A stretch of DNA of 64,000 nt from Camelus dromedarius (GCF_036321535.1 NC_087447.1:43216001-43280000); one strand, 5' to 3'; counted from the stretch's first letter, positions 1 through 13,905 are shown. Notes: generated by a model from the letters alone, not told the origin. Program-made: numbers and translations.

Positions 1-2569
1 CATCATCTTTGGGGAGGGAATGTGTGATCTCAGGTCAGGGGAGCAGCCCTGCACAAGTCAGTGCCAGAGCCTGATATCCCAATCTTCCTTTCCCAGATCA
101 AAGCTGCTCTGGTTTCAGGAGGCCACTGGATGCCGGCTCCTCTTGCAGAGGCTCCCACAGCCAGTTGTTGGTGGAAGAGGGAGGAAGAGAGAGAGAGATA
201 GTGAGAGACTCAGGGACAGACTCAGGAGGGGCAGAGAGAGCTGGTGGGTTTGCATGAGAATTGAGCGGTTGAGTGCTAATCATCGGTTAAATTATCTGGG
301 ACTCTCTTTTGGCTGCCACAGAGACTGCCTATGTCTGTGATAACAGTTGCAGGATGGGCAGGTAGCTGACTGGGACCCTGCAGGTTTTCCTGACTCCAAA
401 TCCCTATTCTGATCTTGAGTCTCTGGTTCCTACAAGCCCAAAGTGGGTTCTCCCTTGAGCAGGGAAAGGACTGAACTTACTCCCAATTCCCTTTGCCACT
501 TGTCCTTGAAACACCAGGCTATTGGGAACCTCAGACCAGCGTCCACCCTGATTTACAGATGAGGGAACTGAGGCTGCCCAAATACCCACTGCAAACATTG
601 AAACAGGTGCTGGGCTGGGATGACACTCCAGGAACTCCATTCCCTTTCACCTTGACCTATCTACTGACTGCCCACCCCCTCACACCCCTCACCGGTCTCC
701 ATGGTGGGGGAGTCCAGGCCCCACCACCAGCAGAAAGCAAGTTCTGCTCACCTGAAAATTAGCTATAGGAGCAAGTACCCTGAGTGCTCCTGCAGAGTTT
801 GGAGCTCCCTCAACTTCACGACTAATTGCAGAGAGGCAGTGGGCGGGCTCTTGGCAAGCGATTAGCTGTCCCACTGCATGAATAATTTGCATAGAAAATG
901 CTTTATTTTGGCAATCTATTAAAGGGCCCACAGTGCTGTGGCTTATCTCCGTCTCACAGCAAGGAGAAGGCTTGGCTATCTCGTTAAGTTCTGTTGATGC
1001 ATAACAATTTGAAATGGGCACAAGCTAGTATGACATTTAAAGATGCCTTCACTTAATTATATTACACAAACATGGGGTTGTTTATCCTTGGGAATAAAGT
1101 CTTTTTGAAGTCAAAGTTGGCATGTGCATAAAGGAAGGCATTTTAACTGATTTTTCAAGAGGGGGCTTCCTCACTTCAAACTTGGGGGTTGCATTTCCCC
1201 AGGGCCTCCTAACACAGAGGACTCTATGGCTGAGATGCAGACTTTGAGATTGGTTCTCTTCTTCGTCTCTGGGGGTGGCCTCCAGTTGGCACTTCATACA
1301 GAATTGTGGAAAGAAAAGCTTATTAGAGCAAGGAAAAGAGACTGCTTTGTGACCTTGAGCGAGCCCCTCCCCTTCTCTGAGCCTCATTGCCGCATGTGCA
1401 ACACGTGGGGTGGGACTTTCCATTGCTCAAAGGCAATGGCTGACAAACTGCAGGTTGTTTTTTGCTTTCTCTTTGCCACTCAACTTTTTGACTCTGTAAA
1501 TAAAAATACAGCCTCTTTGGTAAAAGCCAAAGGGAATTCAGGGTCCCCAGCATATACTCTTTCTAAGGACTGGAAACACGCTGGAGGACGGAGACAAGGA
1601 AAAATAGGAAGGGGCTTGCAGCTGCTGCAGGTGGCGGTTTGTTTCTGCTCTGCCAAGGCCGAAGGCCCCAGGGGACTACAGAGCAAGCAGCCTTGTCTCA
1701 CTTCCTTGAAAACTAGGAATTGGGCCCTGGCCGGGAGGAAATGCAGGGAGAGCCCTAGGGGCATTGAGAAAATCCACAAAGCCCTGAGAAGTCCACCTTG
1801 CCATCAAGGCACTCTGCATCAGAGTGGAGACCAGTGCTGCCGGGGTAGGGGGGCAGCTCTGGACCCCAGGTTTGGTGGGCTGTTTTCTGGCAGGGTAGAG
1901 CCTTTGCTCTTTTCAGTGACAATGCTGTCTGAGTAGGTCATTCAAGAGAAAAAGATGCAGAGACAGGAAGGCTTTGTCCGTGGTCCTGGCTTCCAGGCCC
2001 TGTGTTCCTCCTGGACTCAAGCTATCTGGAAAGCAGACTCTCATCCCATCTCCCACTCCCCTTCCTGCCCTTCTGGGACAGAGGACTACACTCTTCTTTG
2101 CCCACAGTAGACTTGTTCCTGCTTCTGCCTCCTCCTGGCACTTGAAAAAAACATATTTGTGATTAAAGGACACATTCTCTGTGATTAAGTAGAGAGGCAA
2201 TTCCCACTCCAACAGGATTTCCTAGAAATAAAACTCGGTTAAAATAAATGAGAGTGGTAATTAGCATTAGCAGTTAACTTTGTATTGATGTGTCCCACTT
2301 TGAATAAGACCTAAAGAAATGTCAACTCTTGGGCACAATTTGGTAGCTCTTTGGCTAGTCTTTAGCTGTGGCATTCACTGCCTGCTCTAGCAGGATTGCC
2401 CCCCAGTCTTGAGTAAAACGAACCCACTGAATGTGCAAACTTTGAGTCAAAACCTTCCTGGTGGTACTAGAAAGAGCTTCATCTCCAAATGTCAGGACTA
2501 GAAAGACAGTCGAGGTGAGAGAACTCACTGTTAGGCTTGTACCAGCTGGATAACAAGAAGCAAAGCTAC

Positions 2570-2830
2570 TATCTATTGAGCAGTTGTTCTATACCAAGCC
2601 CTGTGCTAAGCACTTTATTAGGTTCAAACCATATGAAATTAGTGTTTTTCTAGTTCAAAAACATCCAGCTGGTGGCAATTTCATATGGCTCAACGTCTGA
2701 TCTCATTTAATCCTTACCATACCCTTAGCATCACTGTTACTCTTTCTGTATTACACATTCAGAAAATGAGGCACAGAGAAATTAAATAATTCACCCAAAT
2801 TGCAGGGTGAGTGAGTGGGGCCAGGTGACA
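2570..2830. mobile_element. MIR SINE (interrupted by a MITE)
   Basis: MIR-like ctgtgctaagcacttta ... tctcatttaatcctt ... gaaaatgaggcacagagaaattaaataa. Confidence 0.75.
2618..2697. mobile_element. MADE2-like mariner-derived MITE (~80 bp)
   Basis: Terminal inverted repeats ttaggttcaaaccatatgaaatt / aatttcatatggctcaac; preceded by TA. Confidence 0.8.
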
Positions 2831-5313
2831 TCCACGGAAGACTAAGAGCTCTGATTCCATCGGCATCCAACTCTGATATTTTAACCTTTTACCAAATGTT
2901 CCCACAAGCATTTCAAATGTTTCAATCAACAGACATTGTCAAACAGGTACATATTGTATGCTCAGGTAATGTTTATTAAATAAATGGATACATAAAGGGC
3001 TGATTCGGACTGCTGGAGGCTCTAGTATCAGAATAGTGTGCGGGAACGGGCTGGCTGGGTCCTGCTGAGCCATCCAACACTTAGCCGAGGCTCCTCACAT
3101 TCTCTGCTCCAATCTGACCCCCTACCCAACTTCATTCCCAGAGTCAAATATGGGCCAGACATGGCTGGAGGGCTGTGGAGAGGAGATACACTATCAAGGC
3201 AGAGCACTAGGACTGAGGTCATTTTGGAGAAGCAGAAGAAGGGAAAAGAGGATGAGCATAACCATCATGCATGAGACACGTGCTTAGGCTGGGAGAGGTA
3301 GAGCCTCCCTGGATCTGGATTTCCCTCAGACCATCTGCAAAATGCTGTAAAATGTCCATGAACATTAGAGAGTCCTTGGGCCCCATCCATCACTTTCTGA
3401 GCACTTAGAGTCCTTTCTCTCTGGAGTCCTAGTCTGTTCTCTGGGCTTGGGTCAAATCTACCCTCTCACAGCCACCTCAGCTTCTTCTTTGAACATTACC
3501 CTGGGACAGTGCCCAGGGGACTGAGGTTGGGCATCCTCAATGGCCAGCTGTGGAGTGGGGGAGAGGCATGTGGGCTCTGGTGCAGCAGGTCCAGAGGATG
3601 CCCCATGGTCCCATGCATGGTATGACTTAGTGGGATTGGACTGTAGTGCATGTCTTTATCGATTTTTGGTCAACTACAACTAAGAATTGCACACTGTGAA
3701 ATGACACATAGATGTACCATTATTATAGCTACCCAACTGAATAGCTTCCAATAACAAGAAATGGATGTAGTTAGCATATTGTTGCTTTTGGTGTCACACT
3801 GAGTAGTGTTTCAAAAGGGAGTGATTGATTAGCAGATGCTGGTGGTGTGCGTTGTCCTCCCTCTGGGTCCCCAGCCAGGCTGCATGCATTGATGATAATA
3901 GCAGTCCATGATGAAAGGAGTCCAAAGGAAGCAATTGGTGAAGACGCAGGTTCAGATTCCAGGCAGTTTCCTTGAGGCCCAGAGAGATGGGTGGATAGGT
4001 GCCAAAGGAGAAACAGCTAATCCCTGAAGAATAGCAGGTGATGGAGATCCTTGTCTTCCTTGGGCCTAAAACCTCCAGGTCTGGGTCACTACTAAGGGTC
4101 TTCTGCAGAAATTCAGTTCCTTTCAATGACTCACTTGGCATCCATGTACTGCTCTTACTGGGCCCTGAGGGACTAGAGAGAGGAATCACCCACGTGCCCT
4201 GCCCTCAAGGAGCATGTGTATTTTGCCTGGCTAAGAACTTGTCTTATCTTGAATGCCACACTCAATATCATTATCATCACAGTCCTGCCTCCACACACCA
4301 TGTTTTATTATCTGTAAAGCTCTTTTAATTCTTAGCTTATTTAATTTTGCCATGACCCTAGAAGGGCAGGAATTATTCCCAGAAGAAATTGAGTCCCCCC
4401 CCACACAAGAGTAGGTGACAATTCAAGCTTACTCAACAAGTCCGTGATGATGAAGGGGCCATAATACCAGTGTTTAGTTCTGAGTCCAGAGCTCCTCCCA
4501 TAAAAGCACATTACCTCTTGGGATGGAGTGGTAGAGAAGAACTCTGTTCTGCTAGGATTGATCCAGTGTGGTATGAACAAGATAGAACTCATCTGGCCGT
4601 TGGGACACACACACAGAGCATGAGCCTTCATGAAGCCAGAGTGCAAACAGCCTTATCTGGGTAGAAGAAAGCAACAAATGGACAAATCATCTTCCAAACG
4701 TGCCCACATCTGTATGAGTGTCCTGATTCATTTATCATTCATTCAACAAGTATTAACCAAAAGCCTACTATGTGCCGCATGCTGTCCTGAAGGACATTTT
4801 GGATATGAAAGACATCTGTCACAATCCCCAGACTCTGTTGTCTGCTACCTTCCCACCCTCCATCTGGCTATCACAACCCAGAAAGGGAAGGCAGGGCATT
4901 GGTAGCTTGGTGTGTGTGTGTCAGTGAGAGAGATGGGCCAGGAAAGAAAGCAAAAGGCCCCACCCACCTTCTTTCTTCTCAGGAACATCCTTGCTTCCTC
5001 TGGGAGAATCCAGGGAAAACCCTGATCTCACCCTACATCTCTCACACATTTAAGTCTGTCTATACCCCCATCCATTTGGGATATGGCACCCAAAGACTAA
5101 GAAAGAGTATCTGTATGTTCCAAGGCTGTTGAGACAAATCACCCAGATTCATTCTTCCTCACTCCTTCATCTGCTTTTCCTTGTGACACTATTACATGTG
5201 ACTCTGAACTCTTGCTCCACAACCCAAACTCTGATCCTGCCATTATCCTTTTGGACTTTGACTGTTCAAAAACATCCAGCTGGTGGCTATTTTAAGTCAC
5301 TAATTTGGAAGAA

Positions 5314-5671
5314 TGTCTTAGTCAGCTAGAACTGTTATAACAAAATACCATAGACTGAGTAGCTCAAACAACAAACATGTATTTCTCACAGTTCTGGAAG
5401 CTGGGAAGTCCAAGATCAAGGTGCTATCTGATTTGGTTCCTGATGAGAATTCTCTTTCTGGCTTGTAGATGGCTGGTTCTTGTTGTAACCTCACATGCAG
5501 GAGAGAGATCATCTCTTTTGTGACTCTTCTTTTTAGGGCACTAATCTCATCATGAGAGCTCCACTCTTAGGAGCTATCTTCTGAAGGTCCTACCTCCAAA
5601 TGCCATTACAATGGGCACACTGAGCTTCAACCTGTGAATTTGGAGGGTATGGAAATATTCAGCCCACAGCA
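5314..5671 (-). mobile_element. MaLR solo LTR (MLT1A-like) nested in an older MLT1 3' end
   Basis: TG...CA ends; hallmark tatttctcacagttctggaagctgggaagtccaagatcaaggtgc. The flanks rejoin as ttttaagtcactaatttgg...tttgttacacagcaaaagctagctgataca. Confidence 0.75.
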
Positions 5672-8600
5672 GAGAGATTTGGTTTGTTACACAGCAAAAG
5701 CTAGCTGATACAGGGTGGAATGAAGACTAGATAAAAGATGCATTGTCTTAAGTAATAAAAAGATTATGTGCTAATCATAGTATCTGACTCATCACAGAGC
5801 CACTTCTGTTCAGCCAGAGGCACACCCTTCTCCCTTCCTCTGGGCTGGTGCAGCCCCGCACAAAGCTGTGTGGCTGCTAAAGATTGTGGATGGAATGTCA
5901 GCCCCCACTTGCCCCCTCAGCCAGGCACTCTTGTGCAGGGCACCCCTCACCCAATTGTAAGCAGCCCCCTTGCATGTCATCCCAGGGTCTGATATCGCCC
6001 CCTCTAGGCAGCAAGTGTTGTACTATGTAATCCTCCAACTCAGCCAATTGGACAAGACTTTGGTATCAGATCAGGAGATGGCAAATAAGATTCTTGTTTT
6101 TGGAAATCTGGATTATAAAATACGGAGAAAATCAGTTAGTGGCAGGAGTAAGAAGGTAAAATAATGCATCCAGAAAGAGCTTGCAGTCAAGTGTGGGTCA
6201 TGAGTCCTGAAGGGCCATCAAGGGTTAAGGCACAGGAAATTGAGAAAGTAGGAGTGGAAAGGAGCTGGAAACTCAGCAGGCACACAGAGGGTGTGTGGGA
6301 GGGAGAGGCAGACAGAGCACTTCAGTGAGGAATATGAAGACCTGGCCCTGAGGTCCTCCAGCCACAAAGGATCTGGAACTAGCATCCAGCCCAGGCTCCT
6401 GACGCCTTGCACTGTTAGGGTTCTGACCTTGAGTTTCTGGAAGATGCAGATTCCCTGCTTATTTGCTTCCCTTGCTTGGGATGCTTTGTTTCCTACACAC
6501 CAAAGACCCCTGAGTAAGACAGAAGCTTATCCTCCAACACCTGAGGCTTCAGAGCCAAAGTCAGATGAACCCCATCACTGCTCATCTATTACCTTCTCTA
6601 TGGTCCTGGTTAGGGGGCCAGCCCAGGGCTCCAGGTGTGGGACAAGAGCTGGCTGTCTGCTTCTCTGGACCCCATTCTTCAGGGCACCATGGGGGACATA
6701 GAGAGTTGTGCCTAGGGAAGGGGCCGGGTCAATGAGACTAAGCTGTAGCGGCCATTGAGAACAGTTTGAGGGCCCACAACCCACTCGTGCTGCAGGACTA
6801 GGAGATGAGATGAAATGGACAGACTTGGGAGAGCTACCGGAAGTGGCTTTAACCTGAGAGTCAGGCTGAGCTGCTGCCACAGAGCTTGCTATGCAAGGAT
6901 GGGCTTCCCCCAGGTGAGGGTGCCCTGAGGACCTGTGGCCAATCCTGACCCAACCGAGGCCTGCAGAAGCCTAAGTGCTGGGCAGGGCAGGTGGCTCCGA
7001 CCCCTGGGAGAGAGAAGGGACCTGCCATGATCAGGCCCAGCACCCCTGGACAGGCTTCCCCTTATCAGCTCAGCGGGGTGGTTGGTGACTCTTCAGCAGT
7101 ATAGAGGACCCCTTATCTGGCCATTCAGCTCTTTGACAAGAGGGACAGCGGTCCTCTTCCTGCTGTCTAGCCTGCAAAATTGTCAGCTCATGATCCCAGA
7201 AACTGTCGCTTTGGTTCCCATACACACACTGCCATCTGCTGGGAGGACGGAGGAGCGATCCAGGAGCTGCCCAAGCCAGAAGTCCCATCCAAGGAAAGCC
7301 CCTCTCCTCTAGTCTCAGCCAGAGGTCTCAGCCAGAGGTCCCAGCCTCCCTGCCTGACTCCCTGCCTGCTTCCTCTGGTGTCCCATGTCCTGTCAAACCC
7401 CATCCAGGTACCTATGCCTCTCTGTTTTGGGTTCCTTTCCCCCAACTCCCCACCTTATGTAGTTGCTCCCTGAGGACAGATTCAGCCCCAAGCATGGAGG
7501 TGCAGGCACAGAGCAGGAGCTTCAGGGCATGTAGCCCCTCTGTTATGTCAGACCAGACTAGGCAAGGGAGAGGTGGCCACAGAGCCCAACCTGTCATAGG
7601 TCTAGACAGGGGCTACATGAATATGCTGCTTCCAGTCAGCCCAAGTGCTGCCAGCTCCCAGAACCAGGCTCATTCCAGAGCTAGATGCACTGAAGCCAGG
7701 AGGGGTGGGGCGGGAAGTGCCCCTGCTTGTGAACTCTGTGAGAAATTCAGGAAAGTCAGAGCCATGCAGCAGAGCATCAGTGAGGAAAGAGCCCTTTGAG
7801 ACCACCCACCAGAACCCCCACTGTATGGATGAGCAAACTGAGGCCCAGAAATTGGGTGCATCACACTGACCTTCCAGATAGGAGGAACTATGAAATCACA
7901 TTCTTGAAGGACTCAGAGGACATCTAGTTTAATCCTTTCACTTCTGGATAGGGAAACCAAAGCCTGGAGGGCAGCAAGAGCGAGGGATGCTGACCTGCTC
8001 CAGGTTACAATACCAGTTAGTATCTGGCCTGCATTTTCCTGTGCACCAGCCTGCCCCAGCTTGAAGAGGTCAGCTCCTAATGCAGGATCTGCTTGAAGAC
8101 AGGAGGGCTCCAGGGGAGGAGGTGGGCAGGGAGGCCACCTAGACTTCTGAAGGGGAAGAATGCTGAGGCAGCAGCCACAGGCTGTCCTGTCCTGCTGTGA
8201 TGTTCCTACCATTTCCCTCACTGCTCAGAGCAAGGCCAAAGTAAGAGACTTATTTATTCCTGCACTTTTATTTTTTCATCTTTTATTCATTCACATGCTG
8301 TCAGTGTATATTGTTTACATTATAAATCATATGTATTCCCACACTCCCTCTTAAGGAAAAGGCCCAAGAATACAAATTGTTGAAAAGCTGTGAAAATAGT
8401 GGTGGTGGCAGCACTATGTCTCCATCCCCTCTGGGGGCTCCCAATGGGGCTGCAGAAAGCCCTCATCAGCTGAGGGCTAGGACCACCTAGACCTCCTCAA
8501 GAATCCACTCTGGGCAGCATGCGCCTAATAGAGAAAGCATGAGAAGGAGGAATAATGAGAGTGAATGGGGGTCTTCAGGGAAAACTGAGGATGGCATTTT

Positions 8601-9029
8601 CCCCATACCTCTTTCCTGAACTGGCCAGGCAGCACTGGGTTGGGGTACCAGCTGCCTGAAGCCATCTAAAGGAGTGAGCCAAATCCAGGATCTTCTATAG
8701 GAAAGCCTCAAGCCACCAGAGAGATGGATTGCAAATACCAAGACAAAGGAGGAGAAACAGATTTGTTAAGAAGAGATGGAGCCAAGAATTGGTAACCTGG
8801 CAGGGCATGGCATTTGAGCAGAAGCAAGTCAGGAACAAAAGCAGCAGGCCCAGGAGGGGCCTGGTGGGTAATCATGGTTTGCATTTATAGACTGACTTAA
8901 GCAGAGTCAGAGAGCCTGGAGTTCTGGCCAGATTGGGATTTGAAGAACTAGGCTGAGCAGATGTATCCTGCAGCTGTGAGACTGAACAAATAGTAACTGT
9001 TACATATATCTCTGAGCAGGAAAAAACAT

Positions 9030-12000
9030 CATTTTAACTGCATATCAAAACCTTTGAATATGTCTAAAGCTATGCTCAGAGGAAGAGTCATAGCCTCAAA
9101 TACACTGTTAGACAAGAAGTAACTGATAGCTAGCACAACAGGCAAATCCCCAAATTGCAGTGGCTTAATACAATGAGGGTTATTTTTTGTTCTTGCTACA
9201 TGTCAAACAGTCACTGAGGGATGCAGGCTGTTACAGGATCTTTTGCCTTGTAGCTGGGCTATCTGTAATACAAGAACTATAAGACTGTGGCAAAAGCATA
9301 AGGAGGAGGAGGAAGAAAACCTACTGGCGCTTAACTATCTCAGTTTAGACAAAGCATACATCACTTCTGCCCAAGTCCATTGGCTAGAACTTGTCATATG
9401 GCTGAAACCCAACTTCAAGGGACACTGTGATAGATAAGGGATTGGCACATATGAATCCAGTGAGCACTGTCTCAACCACACATTAAACATCAGACAAGAA
9501 GCAATGAAAATAAATGACTTAAGCATCGAACTAAAGAAACTAGAAAAAAAATCCTAAGAAAAGCAGCAAGAAGAAATTAATAATAAAATAGAAAGTAATT
9601 CATTAAGAACACTTTATTAAGTTCTCAATTGATGAAAACACTAAAACAAATTACCAGTTAATCAGATTTAAAAAGAAGCACAAGTACACAAAACAGAGAA
9701 ATAACCACAAATATGTAGAAAATTTAAATGACTATCATTTTTCAATTTCACAATTATATGCTAATATTTTTTTAAACTGTGTGAAATTATCTCTAGGAAA
9801 ATGTCATTACCAAAACTGACTAAAGATGTATTAATAATCATGGAAGATATTGAGAAAATTGTCCAAAAACTGATTCTCCTATGTAAACACATACATGTAT
9901 ATATACACACAGGATTTCATAAGTGAATTTTTCCAACCCCTGAGGAACAAGTAATTGCAGAGTTTAACTGTTCCAGTATATAAAAAGGAAAGGAAATCTC
10001 CAGGTTATTTGTAACAAAGCTAGTAAAATACTGATAGCAAAACTGGTCAAGGCACAAAAACAACTACAGATTAATCTCACTTCTTACTAACAAAGCAAAA
10101 ATCTTAAAATATTATCAAATAGAACTTAGCAGCATACTTTTAGATATTACATAATTACCAAGCAAAATTCATGCCAGAAATGCATGATTTTAAATTAGGA
10201 AATATAATTTACCATATTAATACACCTAGATGTATGTTCTCAGACTAAAAGTTAGCATCATTCTCAATGTTGCTTAATGTTTCAACAATAGAATAATTTC
10301 TATCAACATAAAAAATAAGATCAGAATATACTCTAACACTACCATTATTTAGCACTGTTGGGCAGTTATTGACCAATGTAAATAGCCAAGAGAAATAAAT
10401 ATAAGATAAAATTGGAAAGAAGAGGTATAATTACGATTATTTTTAAATGATATGAAAATCCAAACAATTCAATGAAAATAACAATGGTAAATGACAATTA
10501 GAAAATTTATATATAAAATCAGAGTTTTCCTACATGAAAAATAACAAGTTAAAGAATAATACAGGAAAAAATGTTCACTTTCAAACAGCAATAAAAACAG
10601 AAACATATTTAAGAGAAAGTGTTCAGAACCTATAAATCTCTCCTGAGGAATTAAAAGACTTGAAACAATGAAGAGTTTGGCTGGGAAAACTCAATTTTAT
10701 AAAGATAGTAACCATCAATAAATGGATTGATACATTAATTGTGATACCAATCCTACCAATCAGTTTAGAAAGAGATTCTAAAGTTAATCTGGAGAAACAT
10801 GTTTGTAAGAATAGGCAGTAACACTCTGGTTAAGAAAAGAAATGATAATGAATCAGCTCTACCAGATAAATAATAAAACATATTATAAAGCTTTGGTAAA
10901 TAAAGCAGTACACTAGACTGGCCCAATAGACTGATCATTGGCACAGAATGGAGAGTCCAGAGAGAAATCAAAACATACATGTAAATTTACTCTAAGGGTA
11001 GCATTTCAAATCAATGATTAAAATATTGCACTATTTAATAAATGGGGCTGACTCACCAGCTAGTCTTTTTTGAGGGCTGGGAGGAGAAGGAGGATTGCAA
11101 GAAGAAGCAGAATTCCTGCCTCACCCATTTAGCAAAGTAAATTCCAGATGGATCTAATACAAATGTGAAGAATAGAATCATAAAAGTAACAAGAGAAGAT
11201 AGTGATGGATACTTTTCAAATTCTTAAAGTGGGTAAAGCTTTCTTGAGCATTAAACCCCAAAGTCGTATAGGAAAGGCTAATAAATCAGGCTACAAACAA
11301 GGCAAAAGCTCATCTTTGATAAAATTGGTTTGTTTCCAGGTAGTAGAGTTTGGAGTGGATGTTAGCTTTCTTCTTTGTATCCTGTATTGTTTCTTATAAT
11401 AGACATGTATTAGTTTTGTAAAAACAAAATCATTATCTTTAAAAAAAGAAAATCAAACAATTAAAACAACTAGTCATTTTGAAATGTCAATAATTAAAAG
11501 CAACCATATAAAAATTAATGCAAAGTGGATAATAGACCTAAATGTAGAACTATATAACTCATAGAAGAAAACACAGGAGAAAATCTTCTTGCCTTTGGGT
11601 TAGGAAAAGAGTTCCTAGATATGACATCAAAAGGACAATCCATAAGAGAAGATATTGGTAAATTGGACTTTATCAAATTAGATTATTAGATTTTGCTTTG
11701 TGAAGGATAGAGTTAAAAGAATAAAAATACCAGCCACAGATTGGCAGAAAATATTAGCAAATCATATGCCAGACAAATGACTTGTACCCAGAACATATAA
11801 AGAACTCGCAAAACTCAACAATAAAAAAACTCAACAATAAGAAAATAAACTAATTGAAAAAAAAAAGAAAGAAAGTAACCTAATTGTTTAAATGGCAGAA
11901 ACTTTAAATAGACAATTCACCAAAGAGGCTATACAGATGACAAATAAGCACATGAAAAGATGCTCAACATCACTGGTCACTAGATAAATATAAATTAAAA

Positions 12001-12740
12001 ATACAATGACATTCCAACATACACATAAAGAATGGATAAAACTAAAAAACAAAAACTGACAATAACAAGTGCTAATGAGGATGTGGAGCACCTGGAACTC
12101 TCATACACCCCTGGTAGAAATGCAAAATAATACAGCCTTCTGGAAAATATAGTGTAGCAGTTTCCTGAAAAGTGAAACACACAGTTACCTATGTCTCCGG
12201 CATCCCATTTCTTTGTATTCATACTAGAGAAATTAAAGCCATGTTCACACAAAAATCTGTACACAAATGTTTATAGCAACATTTCTTAATCACAAAAAAC
12301 TGGAAACAACCCAAATATCTGTCAAGTTTTATTGGACTACTAAACAAACAAACAAACAAACAAACTGTGCTATATCCACACAATAGAATACCACTCAGCA
12401 ATAAAAAGCAATGACCTACTGATAGACAAAACAACTTGGATGAATCTCAAATGCATTTTGCTAAGTGAAAGAACTCAGTCTCAAAAGACTACATACTGTA
12501 TTATTCCATTTATAAGACATTCTGAAAAAGGCAAAAACATAAAAACAGAAAACAGATCACTAGCTGCCAGGGGGAAGGTGTAGGGGGAGGATCTGAAGAC
12601 AAAGATGCAGCACATGGGAATTCTCTAAGATGTTAGAATTGTTCTGTATCCTGAGGTGGTTGTTATGAGAATCTATGTACCTGTGAAAACTCAGAAAAAA
12701 AAATGAATTTTACATTTGTCAATTTTAAAACTTAAAAAAA
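9030..12740 (+). mobile_element. Degenerate old LINE-1 fragments (ORF2 and 3' end), with an MLT1-like LTR at ~9106-9480
   Basis: A-rich strand bias and decayed L1 ORF2 motifs (aaaagatgctcaacatcact, ctggaaacaacccaaat, tggatgaatctcaaa); no intact ORF. Confidence 0.8.
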
Positions 12741-13044
12741 GTCCCCAATGAACATTCAGCGTTCCACATTCAAAACCTTGATGTGAATGTAGAGCTATAT
12801 CAACTCAGAAAGTGAAGGAGAGTGTTAAGATCTACAGGTTGCCAAGACTTTATGAAAACATGAGACCGTATCCTTGTGGTGACACTAGTTTATTCATTCA
12901 CATAGCTGCATCAGCTTCATTAAAAAAAAAATTAAAAGAAGACCATCCAAATAATTACCATTTCAAAAAATATTGAAAACAAGTGCTATTGAGGAGAGTT
13001 TCTGCTACTTTTAAGTTTTGGCACCGAATTTATTTCTGCCTTTA

Positions 13045-13905
13045 AAAAATTTTTTTTATTTGAAGTACAGTCAGTTATAATGTATCAATTTCTGGTGTAC
13101 AGCACAATGTCCCAGTCTTGCATATACATACATACATTTGTTTTCATATTCTTTTTCATTAAAGGTTATTATAAGATACTGAATATAGTTCCCTGTACTA
13201 TACAGAAGAAACTTGTTTTTTTAATCTATTTTTATATATATAGTGCCTAACATTTGCAAATCTCAAGGTCCTAAATTTATCCCTTCCCACTCCCTTTCCC
13301 CAGTAACAATAAGATTGTTTACTATGTCTGTGAATCTTTTTGTTTTGCAGATGAGTTCATAGTGTCTTTTTTTTCTTTATTTTTTTTTAGATTTCACCTA
13401 TAAGTGATATCATATGGTATTTTTCTTCCTTTTTCTGGCTTATTGCACTTAGAATGATGATCTCTAGATCCATCCATGTTGCTGCAGATGGCATTATCCT
13501 GTTCTTTTTTATAGTTGAGTAGTATTTCATTGTATAAATATACCACAGCTTCTTTATCCAGTCATCTGTCAATGGACATTTAGGTTGCTTCCATGTCTTA
13601 GCTATTGCATACAGTGCTGCTATGAATATTGGGATGCATGTATCTTTTTGAATTAGAGTTCCCTCCAGATATATATTCAGAAGTGGGGTTGCTGGATCAT
13701 ACAGTAAGTCTATTTTTAGTTTTTTGAGGACTCTCCATATTGTTTTCCATAATTCCCACCAGCAGTGTAGGAGAGTTCTCTTTTCTCCATACCCTGTCCA
13801 GTATTTATCGTTTGTGACTTTTGAATGGTGGCCATTCTGACTGGTGTAAGGTGATACCTCATTGTAGTTTTGATTTACATTTCTCTGATAATTAGTGATA
13901 TTGAA
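13045..13905 (-). mobile_element. 5'-truncated younger LINE-1 (ORF2 C-terminus, 3' UTR and poly(A))
   Basis: T-rich tail at ~13050; minus-strand ORF WIKKLWYIYTMKYYSTIKKNRIMPSAATWMDLE is the L1 ORF2 C-terminus. Confidence 0.88.

Noticed and set aside
1226..1936. Longest non-genic ORF (236 aa, +)
   Set aside because: No recognisable domain, runs through a MIR-like fragment (~1340-1390), and has no supporting promoter or exon structure; consistent with a chance ORF.
9110..9501. AGACAAGAAG repeated at 9110 and 9492 as a TSD
   Set aside because: The likely LTR ends (TG ~9106, CA ~9480) do not align with the repeats, and MaLR TSDs are 5 bp; probably chance in purine-rich DNA.
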